Numbered from the stretch's first letter, positions 8,823-18,108 are shown. The stretch: DNA of 63,157 nucleotides from a virus (IMGVR_UViG_3300027804_000072:1-63157); one strand, 5' to 3'. Notes: generated from the sequence alone by a model not told the origin. Program-made: numbers and translations.

Positions 8823-9509
8823 CTACGGAGCAACCTTCCCGTTGGCGATCCACGCTGCGTATGTGATCGGCATCTTCTCGGCGAACGACTTCTCGACCTC
8901 GAGCGCCAGATCACGGATCTCACGCTGCGCCGCTTCGTGCGTCCGCAACGACAAAAAGTTCATCAACGCCCGTGCGTTCACGGTCCAGTAGAACTCGGTG
9001 TACGTTCCGACCGGGACCGCTAGTCGAGCAAGTTCCTTGGCGATTCCCATCTCCACGAGTTTGGCGTACGCCGTGAACGCCGCGTCATACGCCTCCGCGA
9101 GGATCTCCTGTGCGTCAGCCGCGGTAGAAGCATCGACGGCCTCGAAGGTGTACGCGCCGGGTTTTCCAGTCTGCGTGCGCCAGTTACTCTCGGGCGGCAG
9201 ATACGCTTCAGCCGGCATCTCGGAGTAGCGACCGGAGAACTCGTTGAACGATCCGATTCGATGACGAAACCACTCGCGAGCGACGAAGATCGGGCAGCGA
9301 ACGTGAAAGCGAAACGAGTTGTGTTCGAACGGCGTCCCGTGGCGTTCCCGCATCAAGAAATTGATAAGACCCTTGTCAGCCTCGTTGATGAAGTCACGTC
9401 GCTTCCCGAACGACACGCGCGCTGAATTGACGACCGAAAGATCGTCTGCCATCGCCGCGTCGAGCGCGACAAAACTGCCGGCGTAGCTGAGTCCGTATTG
9501 TGTTTCCAT
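8823..9509 (-). CDS. thyX: flavin-dependent thymidylate synthase
   Basis: RHGTPFEH and ThyX motif RHRIGSFNEFSGRY. Confidence 0.95.
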   Translation of the reverse strand: METQYGLSYAGSFVALDAAMADDLSVVNSARVSFGKRRDFINEADKGLINFLMRERHGTPFEHNSFRFHVRCPIFVAREWFRHRIGSFNEFSGRYSEMPAEAYLPPESNWRTQTGKPGAYTFEAVDASTAADAQEILAEAYDAAFTAYAKLVEMGIAKELARLAVPVGTYTEFYWTVNARALMNFLSLRTHEAAQREIRDLALEVEKSFAEKMPITYAAWIANGKVAP

Positions 9510-9653
9510 TGTTTCCTTGCGTAGTAGTTATTGCACAGTCTTTAGTCGTTCAGTAGATGCCACGACCGAGCGCCGATCGTGTGGCACCACCGATGACCAG
9601 TGGCACGGCACACGGCGTCGAGTGCGTATCCGCCGGCGAGGCGAAGCAGGCGT

Positions 9654-9890
9654 CTAGCCCGCATACTCGAGATCCCACTGGCTCTCGAGGAATGACCAAA
9701 GTTCCGGCACAACTCCGTCGCGATCGCGGTAGAACGGGTCGAGTTGACCGCCGCGAATCTCTTCTGCGAGCTGTGGGCGTACCTTGGAGAGTACGTTGAA
9801 CAGCGCCTGTCCGTACCGCCACTCGTGGTAGCGCGCGATCTCTGGGACCGTACGCAGAAACTTCTCGTATGTGATGTTTTCGTTGGTCAT
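9654..9890 (-). CDS. leaderless hypothetical cassette protein
   Basis: WRYGQALFNVL...DPFY; starts 6 nt below the -10. Confidence 0.75.
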   Translation of the reverse strand: MTNENITYEKFLRTVPEIARYHEWRYGQALFNVLSKVRPQLAEEIRGGQLDPFYRDRDGVVPELWSFLESQWDLEYAG

Positions 9891-9908
9891 GTTATCATTA
9901 TACTTTCT

Positions 9909-10100
9909 TTAGATACCTAGTCGGCGTCGGATCTGTGACTTCAATCCGCGTTGTGGGATGTCGCGCAGTATCGCCTCGGCAATGTCCTTGACGATGTCGC
10001 CTCGAGACAGCTCTGGGTTCTCCTCGAGAGCCCAGGCGATCTCTTCCTCGATGTCCGCAAGCACGTCGTCCGCTTTTGCTTCGTGGATGTATTCGCTCAT
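9909..10100 (-). CDS. leaderless hypothetical cassette protein
   Basis: Runs repeat to repeat; stop TAA lies inside the next repeat. Confidence 0.75.
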   Translation of the reverse strand: MSEYIHEAKADDVLADIEEEIAWALEENPELSRGDIVKDIAEAILRDIPQRGLKSQIRRRLGI

Positions 10101-10131
10101 GGGTTCATTGTACTTTCTTTAGATGAGCGGA

Positions 10132-10269
10132 TCAGCCGCCCACTCGACCGCGACAGGCGCGCTTGTCGGCGAGACGCTTTTTGTTCGGGATCCGCTGTGC
10201 GCGAAGCCGGTTACCGTCGGCGAACGCCTGCCGCTCGAGTTCGTTCCACTTGTTCTTGATCTTTGTCAT
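10132..10269 (-). CDS. leaderless basic peptide (paralog of 19658..19804)
   Basis: MTKIKNKWNELERQAFADGNRLRAQRIPNKKRLADKRACRGRVGG. Confidence 0.7.
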   Translation of the reverse strand: MTKIKNKWNELERQAFADGNRLRAQRIPNKKRLADKRACRGRVGG

Positions 10270-10287
10270 GAAGTCATTATAACTTCT

Positions 10288-10482
10288 TTAGACTTCAGTG
10301 AAGTGTCCCTCGATCTCGACGACCTCGACAGAGTCGGGTTCGATCGAGCGATCGTTACGAAGGTCTGCCGCGACGCGGTACGCCTTCGCCTCGTTGTTGG
10401 TGTAGAACGACACCGGCCCTCCGACCGTATGACGATCGTCGTGGCGGCGATACCGCACCGCATATGTGATGTGAGTGGTCAT
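10288..10482 (-). CDS. hypothetical cassette protein
   Basis: SD GAAAGGACA; stop within repeat. Confidence 0.7.
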   Translation of the reverse strand: MTTHITYAVRYRRHDDRHTVGGPVSFYTNNEAKAYRVAADLRNDRSIEPDSVEVVEIEGHFTEV

Positions 10483-10548
10483 GTTTCTGTCCTTTCGTTA
10501 TGAGATGATTGTACTTTCTTTAGACTTCGCCGCTCGAGTGAGCGAGCG

Positions 10549-10680
10549 TCAGTCGGCGGTGACGAGCGCGTCGTAGCGATCGGCGGCGCAGTCGCAGCAG
10601 ATCGTTCGTTCGTCGTCGAGCGCGATCGTTTCGTTGACGGGAGTGGGCGCGTAGCAGTCGGTGCAGTTGATCGTTTCCAT
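10549..10680 (-). CDS. leaderless Zn-ribbon peptide
   Basis: METINCTDC...ICCDC. Confidence 0.6.
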   Translation of the reverse strand: METINCTDCYAPTPVNETIALDDERTICCDCAADRYDALVTAD

Positions 10681-10698
10681 GAGATCATTATAACATCT

Positions 10699-10908
10699 TT
10701 AGAATGGTTCGGACACGGGGACGTCACCGATGAACACGATCTCTGTCCAACCGCGTTCTAGGTTGAGTTCAGCGAACGTGTTTGCGTCGACGCGCGCTGA
10801 CCCGACGCTGTTCGCGACGATCTGAATCTTCACGACGTGGTCGGCGTGATCGAGATCGTCACCATAGACCGCGGCGAAGACGAAGTTGTATTGATCGTCG
10901 ATCTTCAT
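10699..10908 (-). CDS. hypothetical cassette protein
   Basis: MKIDDQ start overlaps the upstream stop (ATGA). Confidence 0.6.
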   Translation of the reverse strand: MKIDDQYNFVFAAVYGDDLDHADHVVKIQIVANSVGSARVDANTFAELNLERGWTEIVFIGDVPVSEPF

Positions 10909-11147
10909 GCGGCAGTCCTCGAGACGACGATCTCCTCCGCGGGGAACCATCCAGTCCAATTGGTCGTGGTTGAACTCACGAGAACAGCGTTGACGTGTTG
11001 ACCGATGTGCGGGAACAACGACACCGAGTCGATCTTCGTCACGATGAACGTCGGACCGTTCTCTTTCACTCGGTTCCGCGTCCGCTTCGACGCTGTCTGA
11101 CCGTTGATCTTCACGGTGATCGTTTCACCGATCTCGAGAGCGATCAT
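10905..11147 (-). CDS. hypothetical cassette protein
   Basis: ORF with ATGA-coupled start. Confidence 0.65.
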   Translation of the reverse strand: MIALEIGETITVKINGQTASKRTRNRVKENGPTFIVTKIDSVSLFPHIGQHVNAVLVSSTTTNWTGWFPAEEIVVSRTAA

Positions 11148-11251
11148 CGTTGATCGCCCTCTCGTCGCCCGCAGTCGACGCAGCGTCGGCAGTCGTCGTC
11201 GTTCGTGAAGATGTGGTCGTGGTTTTCGGTGTTGTTGTTCGTCGTTTCCAT
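11144..11251 (-). CDS. leaderless Cys-containing peptide
   Basis: METTNNN...CRRCVDC; ATG 6 nt below the -10. Confidence 0.5.
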   Translation of the reverse strand: METTNNNTENHDHIFTNDDDCRRCVDCGRREGDQR

Positions 11252-11274
11252 GAGTACATTATAACTTCTTTAGA

Positions 11275-11490
11275 TTACGACCACACCTCAGTCACCAACC
11301 AACCTTTCTTGGCGCAGTGATTGCGAAGGTTCGACCAGGTCGTCTCTTCGCACACCTCACCGGGAATGTCTCCGTACCATCCGGCGATGTATTCGTGGAT
11401 GTACTTTCCGGTCCGCGTATCGGTGATCGTCCAATACGGTTCTTCGGTCGTCGTGTGAATCGTTATCGTTACGTCTCGTGTCGTTTCCAT
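11275..11490 (-). CDS. leaderless hypothetical cassette protein
   Basis: ORF fills the inter-repeat interval. Confidence 0.7.
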   Translation of the reverse strand: METTRDVTITIHTTTEEPYWTITDTRTGKYIHEYIAGWYGDIPGEVCEETTWSNLRNHCAKKGWLVTEVWS

Positions 11491-11532
11491 GATGTCATTA
11501 TAACTTCTTTAGATCATCCCCGAAGGAGGGGG

Positions 11533-11733
11533 TCAGATGACCCCCACCTCGGCGAGAACTTCCTGCGCCATCTCGACGCCGAACTCCGCGGTCAGTTCCT
11601 CCGCGAGGTCGACCGAGTCGTCATCGAGACCCGTGTAGTAGAAGACGTCGTTGTTGTCCTCGTAGACCGCGTACACCGAATCCTCTGTGACCCAGATCGT
11701 TGCGGGACGGTTGTTGTGGGTTGTCGGGAACAT
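11533..11733 (-). CDS. acidic hypothetical cassette protein
   Basis: Repeat + SD + ORF. Confidence 0.7.
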   Translation of the reverse strand: MFPTTHNNRPATIWVTEDSVYAVYEDNNDVFYYTGLDDDSVDLAEELTAEFGVEMAQEVLAEVGVI

Positions 11734-11781
11734 TTTGTTTTCCTTTCGTCGCTGGTAAGATCATTATAACTTCTTTAGATC

Positions 11782-12159
11782 TCAGTTTTCGTTCACGATC
11801 GAACGGAACAGATCGTCCTCGACCGCTCGCTCTTCGACCCGCTCCTTCACGAACGCGATGAAGTCGTTGACCAGGTCTTCGTCGACCTCTTCGTCGACAT
11901 CCGCATCGAGATCGATCGGTCCCTCGACGATGTCCGCTCCCTGTGACCAGAGTTCCGCAAGACGTTCGGGGTCAATGGAGAACTCGAAGGCAAGACGACT
12001 GCTCACCGTATTGTACGGAATCATCTCGTTGGTCTCGGTGAAGTGCTGGATGATCTCGTATCGCAGCGCGTTCCAGTAGTGGTACAACTTCACCTTGTTC
12101 TCGTCCGCGAGCAGATCGCTCGAAGGAAGGAGGTCGAAGTCACTCATCGTCGCTTTCAT
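11782..12159 (-). CDS. acidic hypothetical cassette protein
   Basis: Repeat + SD + ORF. Confidence 0.75.
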   Translation of the reverse strand: MKATMSDFDLLPSSDLLADENKVKLYHYWNALRYEIIQHFTETNEMIPYNTVSSRLAFEFSIDPERLAELWSQGADIVEGPIDLDADVDEEVDEDLVNDFIAFVKERVEERAVEDDLFRSIVNEN

Positions 12160-12210
12160 GTTGTTTCCCTTCGTTGTGGTAAGATCATTATAACTTCTTT
12201 AGAACTGGAG

Positions 12211-12435
12211 TCAGTCCCTCCAGTCCTCGCGTTCGAAGTCGATCGATGCGGTGAACTCCTTACCGCAGTGTTCGCAGGTCCACTCGACCTCACCGCCGTA
12301 CCGCGAGTCGACGTCTGCCTCGATCTCGTTCGGACCGTCGCAGTGAGTGCAGCAGTCTTCCCAGGTGTGTGTGATGTCGTTCCACCCAGGGATGTCGCTC
12401 TCGTAGACTCCAGGGGGCATGTTGTATCCGCTCAT
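12211..12435 (-). CDS. Zn-ribbon cassette protein
   Basis: CTHC...CEHC. Confidence 0.7.
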   Translation of the reverse strand: MSGYNMPPGVYESDIPGWNDITHTWEDCCTHCDGPNEIEADVDSRYGGEVEWTCEHCGKEFTASIDFEREDWRD

Positions 12436-12530
12436 CGTGTTTCCTTTCGTATTGGTAAGATCATTATAACATCTTTAGAACGTTGGTTGGTCGATCGCTC
12501 TCTCAGGAGACGATTATCGACCGCACCGCG

Positions 12531-12794
12531 TTATTCAGCCCACTGCCAGGTTCCGTCCTCGAGAAGCGTGACGTTCGTCGGCGCAGAACACGAGTAGACG
12601 TTGACGATCTCTCCCGTGGCTGAATCCCACGTGAAGTCGCGGTTGAGGACGATGTTGCAGTCCTCGCGGTCGTCCTCGAGCGCAGCGACGACGTCCTGGA
12701 GAGCGATCACGCCGAGCGTCGCGAGAAACAGCGCCGCTGACCAGAAGACGAATCGCACTGCCGTGCGGACTCGGTAGTAAGTTTCGGTGTGCAT
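12531..12794 (-). CDS. membrane-anchored cassette protein
   Basis: N-terminal hydrophobic helix FVFWSAALFLATLGVIAL. Confidence 0.7.
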   Translation of the reverse strand: MHTETYYRVRTAVRFVFWSAALFLATLGVIALQDVVAALEDDREDCNIVLNRDFTWDSATGEIVNVYSCSAPTNVTLLEDGTWQWAE

Positions 12795-12833
12795 GTTTGT
12801 CCCTTCGTTGTTGGTAAGTTCATTATACTTTCT

Positions 12834-13019
12834 TTAGAAGTCGACTTGGTGGAGGACTTCAGCCTTCACCTCGTCGTCCTCGAGAGTCTCGAGAACGCCT
12901 GCGACGACCGCACGGTAATCTTCCATGTTGAATCCGTAAGGATCCTTGTCCGCAGCCACGCTCAACGCTTCTGCGATCTTCATCAGCGCCTCGACTGCCT
13001 CGTTTGACTGAATCTTCAT
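12834..13019 (-). CDS. hypothetical cassette protein
   Basis: Repeat + SD; stop within the next repeat. Confidence 0.7.
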   Translation of the reverse strand: MKIQSNEAVEALMKIAEALSVAADKDPYGFNMEDYRAVVAGVLETLEDDEVKAEVLHQVDF

Positions 13020-13081
13020 CGTTGTGTCCTTCCTTCGCTTGTAAGTACATTATAACTTCTTTAGTTCTGCGGCGCAGGACG

Positions 13082-13237
13082 TCAGTCGTAGATGTCTGCC
13101 TGCCACTGACGCTTCTCGATGGAGCGAAGCATGCGGTGGTAGTTATTCTTCCGCTTGCGTCGTCCCTTGGAGCGAAGCGAAGAGCAGCAGCTGTACGGGC
13201 AGTCCACGATCGCTCGGTTGTTGAACATCATTCCCAT
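13082..13237 (-). CDS. basic Cys-containing peptide
   Basis: MGMMFNNRAIVDCPYSCC...; preceded by a 12-codon leaderless uORF carrying AGAGGAAG. Confidence 0.5.
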   Translation of the reverse strand: MGMMFNNRAIVDCPYSCCSSLRSKGRRKRKNNYHRMLRSIEKRQWQADIYD

Positions 13238-13296
13238 CGCTATCTTCCTCTCTGTGTGAGTTCGTTGTACATGTTCATGAGTACATTATAACTTCT

Positions 13297-13881
13297 TTAG
13301 AACGGTTCGCACTCACGGACGAGGTCAGCCCACGACTTGCGTTGCGTCGACAGCCGCGCGCGAATCGTCGAGAGCAGAGGGACATCCGCACGCTCCCGCG
13401 ACCACGAATCGTACGCTGCCGGCGTAGGCGTCTCGTAGTTGCTGTACGCGCATCTGATGAAGTCTGTGAACGACGACCGCATCGACTCATCTGACCACTG
13501 CTTGAGGTCTCCACGCGCGAATCGCTTCTTTGTGGCGTAACCCGCTTCTTCTCGAGCGGCGTTCCACGAACCGAAGCGACGTATGATGAGAGCGAGTGAC
13601 GGCGTGTCTTCGCCCGACGCGGTTCGCCATTCGCGGTAACCCGCGGCTGTCGTGACTCTTGCGGTTTCTGCTGCTGTGACCGCGTTGATGATACTGGCGT
13701 CGTCGAACTTCTGCTGTCTCGAGCGGACGATGATCTGCTCATGTCGTCGAGAGCGGAGCAGGTCCTTGACTGTCTTGCTCGGGATCACGCCGGCGAAACT
13801 CTTCACCACCGCTCCGATGTTGCGTAGCGAGTTGAACTCCGCGTGTACCTTACTGATTGTTTCTTCGTCTGTGTGTTTCAT
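13297..13881 (-). CDS. homing-endonuclease-associated repeat-like DNA-binding protein
   Basis: Two repeats: Y..W.......PS...I.RRFGSWNAAREEAG and Y..W......P...I..R....SW. Confidence 0.65.
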   Translation of the reverse strand: MKHTDEETISKVHAEFNSLRNIGAVVKSFAGVIPSKTVKDLLRSRRHEQIIVRSRQQKFDDASIINAVTAAETARVTTAAGYREWRTASGEDTPSLALIIRRFGSWNAAREEAGYATKKRFARGDLKQWSDESMRSSFTDFIRCAYSNYETPTPAAYDSWSRERADVPLLSTIRARLSTQRKSWADLVRECEPF

Positions 13882-13910
13882 GTCTTTCCTTTGTTGTCAT
13901 TATACTTTCT

Positions 13911-14123
13911 TTAGTTGGCTGGCGGCGTCGACATCTCGTTGACCGCGTCCTTGATCTTCTTGATGTCGGAGTTCTTCGACGCCATGACGTCGTTGAGAAA
14001 CCTCCGCACGATGGTCGGTTTCACTCCTGCCTTCTTCGCGACTGCCTCGACGCCGAGCGTGCGAATCTTGTCCGCGTAGTCGTCGAGCGAGTTCGTCACG
14101 ATGTTGGGGTTGAGTCCCTTCAT
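13911..14123 (-). CDS. XRE-like HTH protein
   Basis: GVEAVAKKAGVKPTIVRRFL. Confidence 0.6.
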   Translation of the reverse strand: MKGLNPNIVTNSLDDYADKIRTLGVEAVAKKAGVKPTIVRRFLNDVMASKNSDIKKIKDAVNEMSTPPAN

Positions 14124-14221
14124 TGGTTTTCCTTCCTTGTTGGTAAGAACATTATAACTTCTTTAGAACTCGAGGCCGGCCGGCTGGCGCGTGAGCGCGC
14201 AGCCGGACGGTGGTGAGCCGG

Positions 14222-14401
14222 TCAGTCGGCCGGATCGTAGTCGTAGTCGATGCAGTCGAGACAGAGGTCGATGCTGAGGGGGCCGAAGTCGGAGTCGCAG
14301 GTGAAGACGTTGGCGACGGTGTCGCAGTTTTCGCAGCGAGCGTCGGCGTCGGCGAGGACGGAGTTGAATTTGGCGTTTTGGAGTTTTGCTGGCTTGGTCA
14401 T
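14222..14401 (-). CDS. leaderless Zn-ribbon peptide
   Basis: MTKPAK...CENC...CLDC. Confidence 0.6.
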   Translation of the reverse strand: MTKPAKLQNAKFNSVLADADARCENCDTVANVFTCDSDFGPLSIDLCLDCIDYDYDPAD

Positions 14402-14487
14402 GTTTATTATTATAACATCTTTAGATTTCTCAGGCGGCGGCCGTAGGCCGGCCGGCTGGCTGTTGAGCCAGTCGGCCGGCAGATCGG

Positions 14488-14847
14488 TCAGATTGCCGGA
14501 TAGAACGGCACGTTGAGGATTTCGCAGGCGTCGGCGATGAAGTCGATGATCGGCTGGCCGAAGGCGTATGCGGCGTCGTCGAGCGTGTCGTAGGTGTCGC
14601 CGGAATGGTCGCCGGAAATGATGGCGTAGAGGCCGTCGGCGTGGCGAGAGGCGACGTTGAAGCGCCAGTCGATCGAGTCGGCGTCGTCGAGTGCGTCGAG
14701 TGCGTCGTCGGCGCAGTCGAGTGTCGCGATGTAGGCGCGGGACAGGCTGGCGTCGAAGGTGAGTTCGAAGCGGGTCGGGTCGTCGAAGTCGGGAGCGATT
14801 TCGGCGAGACGGATGGTGAATGTTTGGGTGTTTTGTTGGGTTTCCAT
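14488..14847 (-). CDS. leaderless acidic cassette protein
   Basis: METQQN; Asp/Ala-rich. Confidence 0.7.
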   Translation of the reverse strand: METQQNTQTFTIRLAEIAPDFDDPTRFELTFDASLSRAYIATLDCADDALDALDDADSIDWRFNVASRHADGLYAIISGDHSGDTYDTLDDAAYAFGQPIIDFIADACEILNVPFYPAI

Positions 14848-14907
14848 AAGTACATTATAACTTCTTTAGATTCTCGATCGGCAGGCCGTAGGCGGGATGG
14901 CCGGCTG

Positions 14908-15087
14908 TCAGCCGGCGACCGCGCCCAAGATCCAGAGCCTGAACACCTCTGCTGCTTCCGCAGCCACCGTCTCGAGGTCTGCCGGCGTGAGGTCCGCGAA
15001 GTCAAATTCCTCGGTGAGGTCGATGACGTCGAGGTATCGATCGATGACCGCGTCAGCGATTTCGTCGGCGAGAAGTTTGGTGTCCAT
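14908..15087 (-). CDS. acidic cassette peptide
   Basis: MDTKLLADEIAD...; SD GAAAGGACA. Confidence 0.6.
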   Translation of the reverse strand: MDTKLLADEIADAVIDRYLDVIDLTEEFDFADLTPADLETVAAEAAEVFRLWILGAVAG

Positions 15088-15219
15088 TTGTGTCCTTTCG
15101 TTGTTGGTAAGTACATTATAACTTCTTTAGATTCCACCGCACGCACTAAGACCGCAGTCTGCTATTGGTGACCATAGGTAGACCGCCTGGAGGTGACCAG
15201 GCGGCCTCCTAGGCCACTC

Positions 15220-15462
15220 TCACACGGTGTAGGCGACCGTGTACCCTCTGTCGACCTTCGACCAGACCTTTTCCTGGGCGAACCGCAGGGCAGACTGCGC
15301 CGAACCGAAGTAGTGGCGACTCGACTGGCGACTGGTCTTCTCAGCCATTCCCCACTCGCAGTAGACCACGTTGTCCGCGATGCGGACCTCGTACACCTTC
15401 TTCTTGCCGGCGTCGCCACGCGCGCCGTCGCTCTGCTTCAGCAGACACCACTTCTTTTCCAT
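15220..15462 (-). CDS. WGR-domain-like protein
   Basis: KKVYEVRI...VYCEWG...F.S...A...A.EK...K..RGY. Confidence 0.65.
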   Translation of the reverse strand: MEKKWCLLKQSDGARGDAGKKKVYEVRIADNVVYCEWGMAEKTSRQSSRHYFGSAQSALRFAQEKVWSKVDRGYTVAYTV

Positions 15463-15566
15463 TTCCTTGTCCTTTCGTCGTTCCAGCCTCGCTGGCTGGT
15501 AAGTACATTATAACTTCTTTAGAAACCGCTGCCTGCCGGCCCGGTTAGGGCCAGCAGGCAGGCGAC

Positions 15567-15722
15567 TCAGACTGCCAGCCGCTCGAGGGCGAGTCGCTGG
15601 ATCTCGTCGGCGACAGGGCGATCGAAGTCGGTGTCGTCGAATGCGTACATGATCAGCTCGCCCGGCGTCGCGTCTGCGACGACTTGCTTGCACCACTCGA
15701 GGGTTTCTTGGCTGAGGTTCAT
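15567..15722 (-). CDS. hypothetical cassette peptide
   Basis: MNLSQET after SD. Confidence 0.6.
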   Translation of the reverse strand: MNLSQETLEWCKQVVADATPGELIMYAFDDTDFDRPVADEIQRLALERLAV

Positions 15723-15785
15723 TTTGTGTCCTTTCGTTGCTGGTAAGTACATTATAACTTCTTTAGAACGGGCTGGAGCCGCCGG

Positions 15786-15929
15786 TCATCGACCGGCGAC
15801 CCGAACCTCGAACCGGGGATCGTGCTGGCGCTGGGCGACCCAGGCGATGCACTTGCTGCGAGGACCACAGACCACGACCAGGCGGTACTTGCTGTCGTAG
15901 ACCTCGTGCATTCTCGTTGAACCCTTCAT
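15786..15929 (-). CDS. hypothetical cassette peptide
   Basis: MKGSTRMHEV after SD. Confidence 0.5.
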   Translation of the reverse strand: MKGSTRMHEVYDSKYRLVVVCGPRSKCIAWVAQRQHDPRFEVRVAGR

Positions 15930-16001
15930 TTCGTTGTCCTTTCGTCGTTGGTAAGAACATTATAACATCTCTAGATTCGACGACCAGCCGCCGGCGAGCT
16001 C

Positions 16002-16247
16002 TCACCAGTGGGCGTCGGCCCCACCGGCCCAGGACGGGTAGAGCATGAGGAGCTCGTCGAGGTCCATTTCGAACCACTTGGCGAAGGCCTCCACGTCGGC
16101 CTCGTCCATCTCGACTCGAACGATCGGCCAGCCACTCGGGCCTTCCAGCTCGAGCACCTTCACTCGAGCGGATGGCACGGCCTCTCCAAGGAGCATGAGC
16201 CCCTCGGCAAAATCGTCGGCTGCAAAGTCAATTTCGAATGCCTTCAT
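16002..16247 (-). CDS. cassette protein (paralog of 18389..18628)
   Basis: VPSA.V......GP.GWP...V..DE...EAFA. Confidence 0.75.
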   Translation of the reverse strand: MKAFEIDFAADDFAEGLMLLGEAVPSARVKVLELEGPSGWPIVRVEMDEADVEAFAKWFEMDLDELLMLYPSWAGGADAHW

Positions 16248-16300
16248 TTCGGTGTCCTTTCGTTTGGGTATGAGTACATTATAACTTCTTTAGAATCGAC

Positions 16301-16450
16301 TCAGCTCAGCTCCTGCTCGATCTCATCCAGCAACTCGCCGACAAACTCACGCACGATCTCGATCGCCTCGTCGAGAGTGGTCGGGTAGTCCATGTACTCT
16401 CGACCATACTCGCTCTTCACTGCACTCTTCAACGCTGACTTGAGGTCCAC
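16301..16450 (-). CDS. hypothetical cassette peptide
   Basis: GTG start after SD GAAAGGACA. Confidence 0.55.
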   Translation of the reverse strand: MDLKSALKSAVKSEYGREYMDYPTTLDEAIEIVREFVGELLDEIEQELS

Positions 16451-16492
16451 TGCTTTGTCCTTTCGTTTGGGTATGAGTACATTATAACTTCT

Positions 16493-16693
16493 TTAGATCT
16501 GCTCGAGTCCAGGTAGAACGAGCTGATCGTCGTTCGCGAGACTCGAGATCTCGCGAGCGATTCTGACTCGTTGCGAGTCGGGCGCGCTCAGGATTAGATC
16601 CCACTCGTCCTCTGTCCAGTCACTCGTGTCGAGAATCACGAGTCCTTCTGCGTCTCCACAGTTTCCGTCGCTTGCGAAGTATGTCATTGCCAT
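16493..16693 (-). CDS. hypothetical cassette protein
   Basis: Repeat + SD; stop within the next repeat. Confidence 0.7.
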   Translation of the reverse strand: MAMTYFASDGNCGDAEGLVILDTSDWTEDEWDLILSAPDSQRVRIAREISSLANDDQLVLPGLEQI

Positions 16694-16792
16694 TGCGTGT
16701 CCTTTCGGGTTGCTTGTAGGTACATTGTATCTTCTTTAGATCGACTAGGGGCCGACCCGTCTGCATCGCCAACTCTCCCCCAGGCCGGACTC

Positions 16793-16897
16793 TCAGTCTT
16801 CGTATGCGTCGGCCAGCATCGACTCGATGAGCGCGTACACCTCGTCCCACTCGAGACCTTCAGCCTCGAGATCTGCGATCTCTTCTTCAATCCACAT
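16793..16897 (-). CDS. acidic cassette peptide
   Basis: MWIEEEIAD..., 34 aa, after SD. Confidence 0.5.
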   Translation of the reverse strand: MWIEEEIADLEAEGLEWDEVYALIESMLADAYED

Positions 16898-16992
16898 ACT
16901 CTGTCCTTTCGTCGTGTGTAGATACATTATAACTTCTTTAGATCAGTGGAGGAGAGCCCGTCTGCTGCTCGAGACTCTCCCCCAGGCCGGGC

Positions 16993-17277
16993 TCAGCGAC
17001 CGCGCTCTTTTCGGAGGCGCTCGGCGTACGCCTCGGCAGAGGTCGGCGCGTCGATGCCGTTGCGCAGCATCGCGGCGACCGCGCAGGAGACCGCGCCGGA
17101 GTAGTTCCCGCCGGCGCAGTTCATCGTGTACATCGCGTCGCGGCGTGCCCGTACGCGGTGTTCGATCGTCGGCAGCTGCTGAAAGTACGGAGCCGAGTTC
17201 TTCTCGCCGGGGGCGCCGTGGGCCAGCGCCCATTCGAGCCACTCGTCCGAGAGCGGGGTGAGGTCTGTCGTGTTCAT
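16993..17277 (-). CDS. hypothetical cassette protein
   Basis: Repeat + SD + ORF. Confidence 0.7.
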   Translation of the reverse strand: MNTTDLTPLSDEWLEWALAHGAPGEKNSAPYFQQLPTIEHRVRARRDAMYTMNCAGGNYSGAVSCAVAAMLRNGIDAPTSAEAYAERLRKERGR

Positions 17278-17324
17278 CGTGTGTCCTTTCGTCGTGCTTG
17301 TAAGATCATTATAACTTCTTTAGA

Positions 17325-17598
17325 AGCATCAGCCCTACGGTAAGTGCCAGCGGAGGGAGCGACCCTCACTGCTGTGCGGACCCTGGCCGGGATCCGCAGG
17401 ACTTCACATCACCCGCTTACGGATGCGTCGCGAGAGGAGGACGGTCGCTTCGGCGGAGGGAGCCGGATGATCGCCTAGGTCGATCAGAGCCGCTATCGCG
17501 CGTCGGCGGAGCCTTATCTTCGGAGAGGCTTGTGCTGACGGTATGTTCTTCGTCCCAGCAGCTTGCTGGCACTTGCCGCGGGGCTGATGCTCCGTGAC
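17325..17598 (-). ncRNA. candidate structured ncRNA cassette (~270 nt)
   Basis: No SD/ORF; 27-bp terminal inverted repeat (17325-17351 / 17565-17591, 3 differences) encloses several hairpins; directly below promoter repeat 17604. Confidence 0.7.
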
Positions 17599-17622
17599 AA
17601 GATCATTATAACATCTTTAGAT

Positions 17623-17808
17623 TCAGAGCCCGCAGAACTCCCGGAGGAGTTCGGCTTCCCAGCGGGAGAACCCTTCGGCGCAGATCACGGCCTCACACAT
17701 GTCCGAGACCACCTCGTCGTAGACCTCGGCAGGGTACTCCTCGCGGCACTGAGCGAGGATGTCGCTCGCCACTCCCTTGAGGTCAGCCTTTGTGAATCGA
17801 TCTTCCAT
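17623..17808 (-). CDS. cassette protein (paralog of 24529..24702)
   Basis: DILAQCREEY...DEVVSDM..AVI..EG.S...A..LR...GL. Confidence 0.75.
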   Translation of the reverse strand: MEDRFTKADLKGVASDILAQCREEYPAEVYDEVVSDMCEAVICAEGFSRWEAELLREFCGL

Positions 17809-17855
17809 TGTCGTCCTTTCGTTTTGTTGACAAGATCATTATAACATCTTTAGAA

Positions 17856-18044
17856 TCAGCACTCGGCGGCGCTGAGTGCCTTCGCCTTCTCGAGGCGATC
17901 GGCGATGTACTTGATGCTCTGGCTCAGATAGCCGACGGCGTAGTGAGCGGTGAACTCCTCGATCCGCGCGTCCATCTCGCCGCTCGTGATGAAGTCGATG
18001 GCGCGCTTGACCTCGTCCTCGATGTCTCGGATGTGGTGGTTCAT
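17856..18044 (-). CDS. hypothetical cassette protein
   Basis: Repeat + SD + ORF. Confidence 0.7.
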   Translation of the reverse strand: MNHHIRDIEDEVKRAIDFITSGEMDARIEEFTAHYAVGYLSQSIKYIADRLEKAKALSAAEC

Positions 18045-18108
18045 TTGGTGTCCTTTCGTTTTGTTGATAAGATCATTATAACTTCTTTAGATTACCGCTC
18101 CGGCCGGG

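Noticed and set aside
17325-17598. Retron msr-msd or DGR template
   Set aside because: The terminal inverted repeats are suggestive, but no reverse transcriptase is recognisable in the window
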